Positions 1-9,529 of a DNA stretch of 64,000 nt are shown here, one piece after another. Where the stretch lies: positions 4,510-68,509 of the forward strand of contig JAFLUF010000001.1 in assembly GCA_022508925.1 (NCBI GenBank). The letters run 5' to 3'. A program made the translations under genes and the position numbers. This stretch comes from Oscillospiraceae bacterium. GTDB taxonomy: Bacteria > Bacillota > Clostridia > Oscillospirales > Ruminococcaceae. The notes beneath the pieces were generated by a model. It saw nothing but the letters and a program-made list of their open reading frames with translations. It was not told the DNA's origin and ran no database searches. Each line of letters starts with the position of its first letter. Positions within the stretch are counted from its first letter, which is position 1.

Positions 1-381
1 GCGCTCGTGCTCACCGAAAAGCTCGGCTGATATCCCTTGCTTTTTCAGTCTGTAAAGCATCTGGATATTTGCCAGCGTGTGTCCGAGCCGTCCGCCCGCC
101 GCGCACAGAAACCTCAGCCGAGAATATCCGCGCTCTACCGCGATATTCGCCGCTAACAGCGCGTCGGTCTCGTCCTTTTCGGGAAGTGCTCTTATGCATT
201 CAGCTCCGCTTGGAACAGGGCTTTTCGCGCTGTCGAAATCTCCGACGCAGATATCGGGAGTAATTCCCGCGCTGAGCGCATAGTCAAGTCCCCCGTCCGC
301 GCAAATGACATATCCCTCAATAAGCCTTTTGTCAAACGAAGAACAGGGCGCCCCGCAGATTATAGTACATTCGGCAGTCAT
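1..381 (-). CDS. thiN: Thiamine diphosphokinase (3' end runs off the window)
   Basis: Own translation from ATG at 381: MTAECTIICGAP...VICADGGLDYA...PDICVGDFDS...PEKDETDALLA...CAAGGRLGHTLANI, the TPK motifs ADGG, GDFDS, KDxTD and GGRxxH. Missing from the ORF track because it is truncated. Confidence 0.9.
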   Translation of the reverse strand, partial: MTAECTIICGAPCSSFDKRLIEGYVICADGGLDYALSAGITPDICVGDFDSAKSPVPSGAECIRALPEKDETDALLAANIAVERGYSRLRFLCAAGGRLGHTLANIQMLYRLKKQGISAELFGEHER

Positions 382-415
382 TTTATCACCTTTATGCTTT
401 AATCAATATGAGATA

Positions 416-444
416 ATTATATCATAATTGATCTGCGTTGTCAA
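416..444 (-). promoter_or_regulatory. Sigma-A promoter for thiN
   Basis: TTGACA-N17-TATAAT with TG extension on the minus strand. Confidence 0.75.
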
Positions 445-475
445 TAATGCTAATTTTACTGTTTACTGTCAGCTG

Positions 476-505
476 AAAAAAAGAGGGCTGTCTGTCAGAC
501 AGCCC
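476..505 (-). terminator. Intrinsic terminator after glnA
   Basis: GGGCTGTCTG-A-CAGACAGCCC inverted repeat followed by TCTTTTTTT on the minus strand. Confidence 0.75.
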
Positions 506-563
506 GAATTAAAAGGGAGCGGGATTATTATTCAGATTACAGAAATGTAATCTGCAATCTGCC

Positions 564-2654
564 TTAAACGTTGAACAACAGTTCGTCGTATGTCGGATAA
601 GGCCAGTATTCCTCGCCGACGATCGTTTCAAGTTCGTCTGCTACGGCTCTCAGCGACTGCATTGTGCTGAAGACCTCGTCGTGATAACAGCGCGCCTTTT
701 CAGCCTCGCCCTCAATCGCCTGAGCCTTTACGATCACATCTGAAAGCTCGTTTGCCTTATCGGAAAGTGAGATAGTAAGCTCGTTTACCTTCTTTGCCAG
801 AGCAGCTTCGACTGTCGGCTCGATTCCTGCCGACTTTTTGCTTACGGCGATATCGCAGACGTCCTTAGCGAACTTCATGACCGCGGGCAAAATCTCGGTC
901 TTTACCATATCCGCGGCGGTAAGCGCCTCGATGTTTATTACCTTTGAGTAGTTTTCAAAGAGGATCTCCTGTCTCGAGTGCAGCTCTACCTCGCTGTAAA
1001 CCTTAAACTTCTTGAACAGCTCGACGTTCTTCGCCTCCGTAATGCACGAAAGAGCGTCAACCGTAGATTTGAGATTCGGCAGACCACGCTTTTCGGCTTC
1101 TGCCTGCCATTCCGCGCCGTATCCGTTTCCGTTGAAAATAACCCTCTTGTGCTCGCTTATAGTTTTCACAAGCAGATCGTGAAGCGCCTCGTTAAAGCTC
1201 TGCGCGCCCTCGAGCGCGTCCGCGAATTCTGTAAGCGAATTTGCGACGATTGTATTAAGGATCGTGTTCGGACCTGCAATATTCAGGTTGGAACCGACCA
1301 TTCTGAACTCAAACTTGTTTCCGGTAAACGCAAACGGAGAGGTTCTGTTTCTGTCCGTGCTGTCCTTGGGAAAATCGGGCAGGGAGGAAACGCCCACATT
1401 GAACATCTGCTTGCCGTTAGAGGTGTATTCCTTGCCCTCTACAAGCGCGTCCACAACTCCCTGAAGCTCTTCTCCGAGGAATATCGAGATGATAGCGGGA
1501 GGCGCCTCGTTAGCACCCAGACGGTGGTCGTTTCCGGGAGAAGCGACCGACATTCTCAGAAGGTCGGAATATTCGTCAACCGCCTTGATTATAGCCGCGA
1601 GGAAGGTAAGGAACTGCGCGTTTTCCATCGGAGAGTTTCCGGGGTCGAGCAGGTTCTGTCCGTCGTCTGTGGATAAGCTCCAGTTGTCGTGCTTGCCCGA
1701 GCCGTTTATACCCGCAAAGGGCTTTTCATGAAGCAGGCAGACAAGTCCGTGCTCAAGCGCTACCTTTTTCATAAGCTCCATTGTAAGCTGGTTCTGGTCG
1801 GTCGCGAGGTTTGCGGGAGCGAAGATAGGCGCGTTTTCGTGCTGCGCGGGAGCAACCTCGTTATGCTTTGTCTTGGAGGTAATACCGAGCTTCCATAAAC
1901 GCTCGTCAAGGTCCTTCATATACTCAGCGATCCTATCCTTGATAACTCCGAAATAGTGATCCTCAAGCTCCTGACCCTTGGGCGCGGGAGCGCCGAAGAG
2001 AGTTCTTCCCGTGAAAATAAGGTCCTTGCGCTTATCGTAATTTTTCTTGTCAACAAGGAAATATTCCTGCTCGGCGCCGACAGTTGCCACAACGCGTTTT
2101 GTTGTGGTATTTCCGAACAGCCTTAAAACTCTCAGCGCCGCGTCGGACACAGCGTCCATCGAGCGCAGAAGCGGTGTTTTCTTATCAAGCGCCTCTCCCG
2201 AGTACGAATAGAACGCCGTGGGAATATAAAGCGAGCCGCCCTTTACAAACGCATAAGAGGTAGGATCCCACGCGGTATATCCGCGCGCCTCAAATGTAGC
2301 TCTGAGTCCTCCCGAGGGAAAGCTCGAAGCGTCTGGCTCGCCCTTTATAAGCTCCTTGCCCGAAAATTCCATGATGATCGCTCCGTCGCCTGTGGGAGAG
2401 ATAAAGCTGTCGTGCTTTTCGGCGGTGATTCCCGTCATCGGCTGAAACCAGTGAGTATAGTGCGTGGCACCTTTTTCGATCGCCCAGTCTTTCATGGCGT
2501 TTGCCACGATGTCCGCGATAGAGCTGTCAAGCTCCTTGCCCTCGGCGATCGTTTTCTTCAGCGTCTTAAAAACATTCTTCGGCAGGCGCTGTCTCATTGT
2601 TTCCTCGTTGAACACGTCGATACCGAACTGTTCAACAACATTGAAGTTTTCCAT
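564..2654 (-). CDS. glnA: Glutamine synthetase type III
   Basis: 696 aa; [86 protein letters not shown]. Confidence 0.97.
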   Translation of the reverse strand: MENFNVVEQFGIDVFNEETMRQRLPKNVFKTLKKTIAEGKELDSSIADIVANAMKDWAIEKGATHYTHWFQPMTGITAEKHDSFISPTGDGAIIMEFSGKELIKGEPDASSFPSGGLRATFEARGYTAWDPTSYAFVKGGSLYIPTAFYSYSGEALDKKTPLLRSMDAVSDAALRVLRLFGNTTTKRVVATVGAEQEYFLVDKKNYDKRKDLIFTGRTLFGAPAPKGQELEDHYFGVIKDRIAEYMKDLDERLWKLGITSKTKHNEVAPAQHENAPIFAPANLATDQNQLTMELMKKVALEHGLVCLLHEKPFAGINGSGKHDNWSLSTDDGQNLLDPGNSPMENAQFLTFLAAIIKAVDEYSDLLRMSVASPGNDHRLGANEAPPAIISIFLGEELQGVVDALVEGKEYTSNGKQMFNVGVSSLPDFPKDSTDRNRTSPFAFTGNKFEFRMVGSNLNIAGPNTILNTIVANSLTEFADALEGAQSFNEALHDLLVKTISEHKRVIFNGNGYGAEWQAEAEKRGLPNLKSTVDALSCITEAKNVELFKKFKVYSEVELHSRQEILFENYSKVINIEALTAADMVKTEILPAVMKFAKDVCDIAVSKKSAGIEPTVEAALAKKVNELTISLSDKANELSDVIVKAQAIEGEAEKARCYHDEVFSTMQSLRAVADELETIVGEEYWPYPTYDELLFNV

Positions 2655-2694
2655 AGTCCCGTTCCTCCTGAATACTGAATATAGAATTACTAAA

Positions 2695-2789
2695 CAAAAA
2701 ACGGCGTCAAGATACGGTTATCCCGTCCTCGAAACGCCGTCGTTTCTTTGTTACTTTCATATTATACACTATTTTTTTTCTTTTGTCTA
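2695..2789 (-). promoter_or_regulatory. glnA promoter and attenuator leader (ANTAR-like hairpin overlapping a terminator)
   Basis: TAGACA-N17-TATAAT (2789-2761). Leader hairpin GAAAC-GACGGC-GTTTC shares ACGGCGT with the 5' arm of a terminator closing at ACGCCGT-TTTTT. Confidence 0.65.
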
Positions 2790-3040
2790 TCGGGATTTCA
2801 AACAAATAATACTAACTTAAAAACTTTTTGTTGTCGCTTTTGTACAAAAATCATGCAGGCAAGCTCTTTTAAAAATTCTAAAATGGGCGTTAAATTACCG
2901 AAATCAGCATTATTTTGCAAGAAAGTCGATTTTGTCTTTCATAATTGCCGGTGAATTTTGAGAAATAGGATATTGATGAATTAAATCCGACTTGGTTTTC
3001 ACTAAATTATTCCTGAAACATATAGTGTAGAAAATGTGAA

Positions 3041-3283
3041 ATGGGTGATTTTGTGTTGGATTTTCCGCTTTGCTGCCTTGGTGTGGGAAAAAGCGCCGTT
3101 GTAAAAAGCCTTTCGGCTCACGGCGCGCTCAGACGGCGGCTTTCTGATATAGGAGTAGTAGAGGGCGCGACGGTAAAATGCGTCGGCAGAAGCCCTTTAG
3201 GCGACCCCGCGGCGTACCTGGTACGCGGCGCGGTCATTGCGATCCGCGACTGCGACAGCAGAAGCGTGCTTGTTAGAGGTTAG
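3041..3283 (+). CDS. feoA: Ferrous iron transport protein A
   Basis: LRRRLSDIGVVEG...SPLGDPAAYLVRGAVIAIR, the FeoA SH3-like signature; alternative GTG start at 3053. Confidence 0.93.
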   Translation: MGDFVLDFPLCCLGVGKSAVVKSLSAHGALRRRLSDIGVVEGATVKCVGRSPLGDPAAYLVRGAVIAIRDCDSRSVLVRG

Positions 3284-3384
3284 ATGTTAGAGGTAAGAGG
3301 TTAGATATGTAATTCGTTAAGTTGTTGGGTATTGACCGTTTGGTTTAGCCTCTGATATCTAAATTCTGATTTCTAACTTCTAAA
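3272..3384. repeat. Two inverted arrays of heptamer repeats between feoA and feoB
   Basis: GTTAGAG/GTTAGAT x5 (3272-3306) and complementary-sense units CTCTGAT/ATCTAAA/TTCTGAT/TTCTAAC/TTCTAAA (3350-3384). Confidence 0.7.
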
Positions 3385-3401
3385 GGAGGATACAGATGTA
3401 G

Positions 3402-5504
3402 ATGAATAATGATTCTTTTGATAAAACAATTGCCCTTGCGGGAAACCCTAATGTCGGCAAAAGCACGGTCTTTAACGCTCTGACGGGGCTTCACCAGCAC
3501 ACAGGAAACTGGGCGGGAAAAACCGTGGAGACCGCGAGCGGCTTTTTCAAGACCAAAGCATTTTCATATCGTTTGGTCGATATTCCGGGTACATATTCGC
3601 TTATAGCGCATTCGGCTGAAGAAGAAGCCGCGCGCGATTATATCTGCTTCGGAAAAGCGGACGCGGCGGTCGTGGTCTGTGACGCCACCTGTCTCGAGCG
3701 CGGACTTAACCTTGTGCTTCAGGTAATGGAGATCTGCCCGAAAACTCTGGTCTGCGTAAATATGCTTGACGAGGCGAAGCGCGCGGGAATAAAAATAGAC
3801 CTTAAGCTCCTCGAAAAAGAGCTTGGCGTGCCTGTCGCGGGAATTACCGCGCATAAAAAGCGCACGCTTAAAATTCTCACTGACAGACTTGACGAGCTTT
3901 GCTCTTCCGAGGCTCCTAAACATCCAAGAAAGCTGAAGTACATAAAGCCTCTTGAAGCCGCGGTCCGGATAACCGCGAAAGTCATAGAGCACGAGCTTTC
4001 GCTTGAGCTTCCCGAAATAGGCATTCCCGCGGAATGGGCGGCTTTAAGGCTTATAGACGGCTCTATGGTAAACGAAATAAGCGAGCGCTGTAAAAGATCG
4101 GGCAGGAACATTCTTGAAAATTCCGCTATCTCCGAAGCTCTGGCACAGTCGAAAAAGCTGCTATCGGACAATGGCATAAACGAGGATATTTTGCAGGATA
4201 AGATCGTCGGCTGTATTTATGAAAACGCCGAGGAGATATGTAAGAAGACGGTAACCATGCCGCCCCGCGAAATATCAAAGGCAGACAGGATCCTCACAAG
4301 CCGGGCGCTTGGCTTTCCGATAATGATATTACTGCTGCTTGTGGTTTTCTGGATAACCATTATCGGAGCAAACTACCCGTCGGAATATCTGGGGATAGCG
4401 CTGTTCTGGCTCGGCGACAGGATGGGCGAAATGTTTCAAATGATAAACGCTCCCGATTGGCTTTCGGGAATAATCGTAGACGGCGCGTACAGGGTGCTTG
4501 CGTGGGTGGTTTCGGTAATGCTGCCCCCCATGGCGATCTTCTTCCCGCTGTTTACACTGCTTGAGGACTTAGGCTATCTTCCGAGGGTCGCGTACAATCT
4601 CGACAAGCCTTTTCATAAGTGCAGCGCGTGCGGCAAACAGGCGCTTTGTATGTGCATGGGATTTGGCTGTAACGCCGCGGGGGTAACGGGCGCGAGAATA
4701 ATCGACAGCCGCCGCGAGCGCCTTATCGCGATACTTACAAACTCCCTCGTCCCGTGCAACGGACGTTTCCCGATGATATTGGCGCTTATCTCGGCGTTTT
4801 TCGTAAGCGGCGCAAAGGGCAGCGGGATACTTGAAAGCTTATTGTCGGCGGTCATTTTCACCGCGGTTATCGTGCTTGGTATAATGATGACGTTTCTGAC
4901 TTCAAAAATACTCGCGAAAACGCTGCTCAAAGGAGAACCGTCGTCGTTTACGCTTGAGCTTCCGCCGTTTCGCAAACCGCAGGTAGGGAAAATACTTATT
5001 CGCTCCTGCCTTGACAGAACGGTTTTCGTGCTTGGAAGAGCGGCGGCGGTTGCGGCTCCCGCGGGTGCGGTGATATGGCTTTTGGCTAATATAAACGTTT
5101 TCGGAAACACCTTGCTTTCGTACATCACAGGCTTTTTCGAGCCGTTCGGTCAGCTTTTGGGAATGGACGGCGCTATAATAACGGCGTTTTTGCTCGGAAT
5201 TCCCGCAAACGAAATAGTCATTCCGCTTATCGTAATGATCTACGAGCAAAGCGGCGTAATTGCCGAAATTTCGACCGAACAGCTTTACGAGCTTTTCACG
5301 CAAAACGGCTGGACGGTAATAACGGCAATATGCGTTATTATTTTTACGCTTTTTCATTTTCCGTGCTCGACAACGCTTCTTACGATAAAAAAAGAAGCCG
5401 GCGGCTGGAAATGGGCGGCGCTCGCGTTTTTTATCCCCCTGATAATAGGAGTCGCTTTTTGTCTGGTCATCAATTTGTTTTCGATGATTTTTACAATGGC
5501 ATAA
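3402..5504 (+). CDS. feoB: Ferrous iron transport protein B
   Basis: GNPNVGKS, TGNWAGKT, DIPGTYS and NMLDE G-domain motifs; LEDLGYLPR, GFGCN, PCNGRF and FTLELPP membrane motifs. Confidence 0.97.
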   Translation: MNNDSFDKTIALAGNPNVGKSTVFNALTGLHQHTGNWAGKTVETASGFFKTKAFSYRLVDIPGTYSLIAHSAEEEAARDYICFGKADAAVVVCDATCLERGLNLVLQVMEICPKTLVCVNMLDEAKRAGIKIDLKLLEKELGVPVAGITAHKKRTLKILTDRLDELCSSEAPKHPRKLKYIKPLEAAVRITAKVIEHELSLELPEIGIPAEWAALRLIDGSMVNEISERCKRSGRNILENSAISEALAQSKKLLSDNGINEDILQDKIVGCIYENAEEICKKTVTMPPREISKADRILTSRALGFPIMILLLLVVFWITIIGANYPSEYLGIALFWLGDRMGEMFQMINAPDWLSGIIVDGAYRVLAWVVSVMLPPMAIFFPLFTLLEDLGYLPRVAYNLDKPFHKCSACGKQALCMCMGFGCNAAGVTGARIIDSRRERLIAILTNSLVPCNGRFPMILALISAFFVSGAKGSGILESLLSAVIFTAVIVLGIMMTFLTSKILAKTLLKGEPSSFTLELPPFRKPQVGKILIRSCLDRTVFVLGRAAAVAAPAGAVIWLLANINVFGNTLLSYITGFFEPFGQLLGMDGAIITAFLLGIPANEIVIPLIVMIYEQSGVIAEISTEQLYELFTQNGWTVITAICVIIFTLFHFPCSTTLLTIKKEAGGWKWAALAFFIPLIIGVAFCLVINLFSMIFTMA

Positions 5505-5510
5505 CGTGAT

Positions 5511-5588
5511 AAGTTATAAGGAAGCATACAAAAAGTCTTTGAAAAAGGGGTTGGGGAAAAAACTTTCTACAGAAAGTTTTTTCCCCAA
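5511..5588. repeat. REP-like palindromic element, copy 1
   Basis: AAGTTATA...ACAAAAAGTCTTTGAAA.GGG followed by hairpin TTGGGGAAAAAACTTTCT-AC-AGAAAGTTTTTTCCCCAA; homologous to 22416-22518. Confidence 0.8.
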
Positions 5589-5647
5589 AAATAATAAGTA
5601 GCTGAACACATTTTGACAGTATGAAATCAGGTGTTTTATACGTTTTT

Positions 5648-5680
5648 AGCTCTCCGAAGGCGTTTCGGGGAGCTGTTTTT
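5648..5680. terminator. Probable bidirectional terminator
   Basis: AGCTCTCCGAA-GGCGT-TTCGGGGAGCT followed by GTTTTT, between convergent genes. Confidence 0.55.
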
Positions 5681-5689
5681 GCGATAGAC

Positions 5690-6127
5690 CTATTTCCAAT
5701 GATTCAGCGTCGGAAGCATCTCGTTTAAGTAAGCCCTCATCTTTTCGGGTGGGAATTGGTCGTTCGACATATGTCCCACGAGAAAATCGGTCAGTTCATC
5801 AAGACTTGTATAAACGAATTTCCCGTCTGTGTAGCACCATTTGCAGTACTCCTCGTTATATGTACCGTCGGGTTCCTTGCTGATCGAGGAATCTTCAAGC
5901 GGCATTCCGCAGCACTGACATATCAGCTTTCTCGGAGAACCGAGCAGCGTATTGATAGAAACATCAAACAGCTTTGACAATAGCTTCAGTGTTTCGGTGT
6001 TCGGCACGGTTTCGCCCGTTTCCCAGCGCGACACTGCCTGTCTTGTTACAAATACCTTTTCAGCGAGCTGTTCCTGTGATAAGCCGTGCTTGTTACGCAA
6101 TTCCAAAATGATATCCTTTGTTTCCAT
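5690..6127 (-). CDS. XRE-family HTH regulator with C-terminal putative zinc-ribbon domain
   Basis: LSQEQLAEKVFVTRQAVSRWETG (HTH_3) plus CQCCGMPL...YCKWCY; ATG at 6127 follows a GAGGTG RBS. Confidence 0.88.
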   Translation of the reverse strand: METKDIILELRNKHGLSQEQLAEKVFVTRQAVSRWETGETVPNTETLKLLSKLFDVSINTLLGSPRKLICQCCGMPLEDSSISKEPDGTYNEEYCKWCYTDGKFVYTSLDELTDFLVGHMSNDQFPPEKMRAYLNEMLPTLNHWK

Positions 6128-6144
6128 ATTTATCACCTCAATAT

Positions 6145-6190
6145 TATTATATCATTGCTGTTTGAAAAAGACAAGCAACCCGCTGTTGCT
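6145..6190 (-). promoter_or_regulatory. Sigma-A promoter with adjacent palindromic operator
   Basis: TTGTCT-N17-(TG)TATAAT; AGCAAC-N5-GTTGCT abuts the -35; a CAGCAA half-site lies in the spacer. Confidence 0.6.
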
Positions 6191-6211
6191 GTATTGTAAC
6201 GTCATATTTTA

Positions 6212-6841
6212 TCAAGGATTGATATTTCCGCTGAGAGTAAGTCTGTTTGTAATTTCAAACGTCGGACCCTTCTGCCAGAGAAACGGCGTGAGCGATATCT
6301 CAAAGCCCTCTCCCGGCGCGCACATAAAGTCCGCCGGCTGTCCTTTGGGCAGCCCATAGCCGCACAGCAGATTTGTGATAACTCCCGCGTGAGTAATTAC
6401 AGCGCCGTATTGCAGGTCGTTTTTCATCATATCGCTGAATACGCTGTCAAGTCCGTTTATACAGCGCAGCATAAAGTCGCCGTATTTCTCGCCGTTCGGC
6501 GGCGCGGAGTCCACCCCGCCTTTAAGCCAGTCCTTGTATTCGCGAAGATCACGGAGCTGTTCGGCGGATTTGTTTTCAAAATCCCCGAAGTTCATCTCAA
6601 TAAGCTCGTCTATTATCATCAGTCTTTGCTCGGGGTAAATTATCTCCGCGGTCTCAAGACAGCGCGAAAGGGGAGAGGAGTACACCTTTTCGACCTCGGG
6701 GTAAAGCTCGTTCGCGCAGAGGTTTTCTATTGTTTTTCTGCCCTCGGGGCAAAGCGACAGGTCGGTTTGTCCTATATACTTGCCGTCAAGATTTCCCTGG
6801 GTTATCCCGTGACGGATAAGATATAAGTAGTAGTTTCTCAT
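6212..6841 (-). CDS. Histidine phosphatase family protein (CobC/phosphoglycerate mutase-like)
   Basis: LIRHGIT, SSPLSRCLETA, EMNFGDFE, PPNGE, VITHAG. Confidence 0.92.
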   Translation of the reverse strand: MRNYYLYLIRHGITQGNLDGKYIGQTDLSLCPEGRKTIENLCANELYPEVEKVYSSPLSRCLETAEIIYPEQRLMIIDELIEMNFGDFENKSAEQLRDLREYKDWLKGGVDSAPPNGEKYGDFMLRCINGLDSVFSDMMKNDLQYGAVITHAGVITNLLCGYGLPKGQPADFMCAPGEGFEISLTPFLWQKGPTFEITNRLTLSGNINP

Positions 6842-6993
6842 GGGTATCCTCCTATATATGGTATAATTAGGAATAATATCCTATCGGGCTGTCGAAATTT
6901 TGGTAATTATGACGCTTTACATATCGGAATAAATGTAATATAATATACATTGCGATAAAATTATTATGTGTAATATTTGGAGATTTAACGGTC

Positions 6994-7656
6994 ATGAATA
7001 AAGATTTTCCGAGAATATTAAAGCTGCTTCGCAAGGAGCGCGGGTTAAGACAAAAAGAAGCCGCGGACAAGCTTGGCGTCGCACAGGCGCTTTTGTCGCA
7101 TTATGAAAACGGAAAACGCGAGTGCGGTCTGGACTTTCTGGTTCAGGCGGCGGATTTCTATAACGTTTCCGTGGACTACATACTCGGCAGAAGCAACTCG
7201 CGAAACGGTACGGTCGTCACCGAAAACGAGCTTGAGGACAGCACGGTCTCCGAGGGCGCGAGCGAGAACGCGGAGTCCGCTGGCATTCTCCTGAGAAAAA
7301 AGCTCGCGACAAACGCGCTTGAAATAGTGTTTTCATTGTTGACAAAGACCAAGAATAATAAGCTTGCGAAGGCAGTCGGAAATTATATGCTCACCGCTGT
7401 TTACCGCGCGTTCAGAATGGTATACAGCGCCGGCGGTGAAAACGATGAAAACCTGTTTTCGATACCTCGCGAAAGTCTTTCGGGAATCACCCTTGCTCAA
7501 CTCAGCCTTGAAGACGTCGCCGCAAATACCGCCGAAAAGGACGGCACAGCCGACGCAAAGATCACCAACTCCCGCATAGAGCAGGAATACCCAAAGCAAA
7601 GCACAGCGCTGTTTTCGGTCATCAACAATGTAGAGAAGGAATTAAAAAAGCTGTGA
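6994..7656 (+). CDS. XRE-family HTH transcriptional regulator
   Basis: LRQKEAADKLGVAQALLSHYENGKRE...FYNVSVDYILG plus an uncharacterised helical C-terminal part. Confidence 0.88.
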   Translation: MNKDFPRILKLLRKERGLRQKEAADKLGVAQALLSHYENGKRECGLDFLVQAADFYNVSVDYILGRSNSRNGTVVTENELEDSTVSEGASENAESAGILLRKKLATNALEIVFSLLTKTKNNKLAKAVGNYMLTAVYRAFRMVYSAGGENDENLFSIPRESLSGITLAQLSLEDVAANTAEKDGTADAKITNSRIEQEYPKQSTALFSVINNVEKELKKL

Positions 7657-8559
7657 TTATTTGTCAACGATATTGTTGCTGAGTATAAAGCTTTCGTTAT
7701 CTCGCCAGTTTTCTCTTACCTTTACGAAAATCTGTAGATTTACCTTTGTGTCAAGCAGTTCTTCTATGTCCTTTCGAGCGAGAGAGCCTATCTGTTTTAG
7801 GCGCTCGCCGCCCTTTCCGATTATCATTCCCTTGTGGGAGTTTTTTTCGCAGATTATGACCGCGCCGATGTCGATTATCTCGGCGCCGTTTTTGTTTAAG
7901 TGAGAAGAAAAGCTCTCTATGTCTACCGCCGTTCCGTGGGGAATTTCCTGCTGCATTGTCCAGAGCAGCTTTTCACGGATGATCTCGCTGCACAAAAAGC
8001 GTTCGGTGCGGTCGGTGGCTATATCGTCGGGGAAGAAGTGCTCTCCCTCTACGGCGTATTTTTCGAGCACAGGCATGATAAGCTCGGTATTTACGCGTTT
8101 TTTTACGCTTATAGGTATAATTTCCGCAAAATTATACAGTTCGTTATATTCGTTTATCATCGGCAAAAGCTCTTCTTTGGATTTAACGAGGTCGATCTTG
8201 TTCAAAAGCAGAATTACCTTTGTTTCGTGCGACTTGAATGACTTCAACAGCTCGCGCTCGATAGCGGATATCTTTTTCGTCGCGTCAGCCATGAGTATAG
8301 CGCAGTCAACGTCGTCCACGCTTGTCCTTACGGCTCTTACCATGTGCTCTCCGAGCTTTGTTTTCGGCTTTAAAAAGCCCGGAGTATCAATAAACACATA
8401 TTGAGTGTCTCCCTGTGTCAGAACGCCGTTTATACGGTTTCGCGTGGTCTGCGGCTTTTCGCTTACAATGGAAATCTTCTCTCCGACCAGCAGGTTTGTA
8501 AGAGAAGATTTTCCCGCGTTCGGTCTGCCTGTAATTGCGATAAATGCGTTTTTAGTCAT
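7657..8559 (-). CDS. era: GTPase Era
   Basis: GRPNAGKS, KPQTTRN, DTPG, NKID, KH domain GMIIGKGG; start MTKNAF at 8559 overlaps the trmD stop. Confidence 0.97.
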   Translation of the reverse strand: MTKNAFIAITGRPNAGKSSLTNLLVGEKISIVSEKPQTTRNRINGVLTQGDTQYVFIDTPGFLKPKTKLGEHMVRAVRTSVDDVDCAILMADATKKISAIERELLKSFKSHETKVILLLNKIDLVKSKEELLPMINEYNELYNFAEIIPISVKKRVNTELIMPVLEKYAVEGEHFFPDDIATDRTERFLCSEIIREKLLWTMQQEIPHGTAVDIESFSSHLNKNGAEIIDIGAVIICEKNSHKGMIIGKGGERLKQIGSLARKDIEELLDTKVNLQIFVKVRENWRDNESFILSNNIVDK

Positions 8560-9529
8560 TGCTTTCTTCCTTTTTCGGTTTGTATAACAGTCTGAACTGA
8601 ACGGAATTTTCAAGCCGTTTTGTAATAATTACAATAAATTTAGGAACCCCGAAAGTATCCGTCAGAATAACATAAGCTCCTTTTTCAAGCCTGCTGTTTT
8701 TGGCAATTTCAATACTCCGCGCTTTTCCTCTTTTTATAAGCTTCAAAAGCTCGTCCGAAAGCGCAAGCGTCGAGAAGTCCACATTTCCCGAAATCTCAGC
8801 CGAAGCCTTGAACTCACTTATAAATTTTTCGGTAAGTGTTTTTATATGCGCCCTGTACATATCCGGGCGCTTTTTTTTCGTCACCTCAAGCGACATCATT
8901 TCGCGCCATTTCAAGACCTGCGCGTGGTCTCCCGAAAGCAAGACCTCTGGCACCTTTCTGCCTTTCCATACTTCGGGGCGCGAATACTGAGGATATTCCA
9001 AAAGCCCGTCATAGTGGCTTTCTATGCTGTAAGCGTCTTCGTTGGGAAGAACCCCCGGCTGAAGCCTCGCGACGGCGTCGGTCAGTATAAGCGCGGGCAG
9101 CTCTCCTCCCGTAAGCACATAATCTCCCACGGAGATCTCCTCGGCGTTAAGCTCTTCTATTACTCTCTCGTCTACGCCCTCATAATGCCCGCAGATAAGA
9201 ATAAGCCCGCTTTCCTTTGCAAGCTCGCGTACCTTATCCTGCGTAAGCGTTTCGCCCTGCGGCGACAGATAGATAACACGCGGCGGGGATTTATGCTGCG
9301 CGGAAATTGCCTTTACGCAGTCGTATATCGGCTGCGCCTGCATGACCATTCCCGTGCCGCCGCCGAAAGGTTTGTCGTCTACATTTCTGTGCTTATCCTC
9401 GGTGTAGCTTCGGATATTATGCGCGTAGACCTCGATAAATCCGTTTTTTATACCTCGCCCGACGATGCTCTCTTTAAACACCCTTTCGCACATCTCGGGA
9501 AAGAGCGTCGCTATGTCGATCCTCATCAA
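8552..9529 (-). CDS. trmD: tRNA (guanine37-N1)-methyltransferase with ~95-aa C-terminal extension
   Basis: TLFPE, VDDKPFGGGTGM, LSPQG, CGHYEGVDER, SVGDYVLTGGE, LEYPQYSRP, VLLSGDH. Confidence 0.96.
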   Translation of the reverse strand: MMRIDIATLFPEMCERVFKESIVGRGIKNGFIEVYAHNIRSYTEDKHRNVDDKPFGGGTGMVMQAQPIYDCVKAISAQHKSPPRVIYLSPQGETLTQDKVRELAKESGLILICGHYEGVDERVIEELNAEEISVGDYVLTGGELPALILTDAVARLQPGVLPNEDAYSIESHYDGLLEYPQYSRPEVWKGRKVPEVLLSGDHAQVLKWREMMSLEVTKKKRPDMYRAHIKTLTEKFISEFKASAEISGNVDFSTLALSDELLKLIKRGKARSIEIAKNSRLEKGAYVILTDTFGVPKFIVIITKRLENSVQFRLLYKPKKEESND

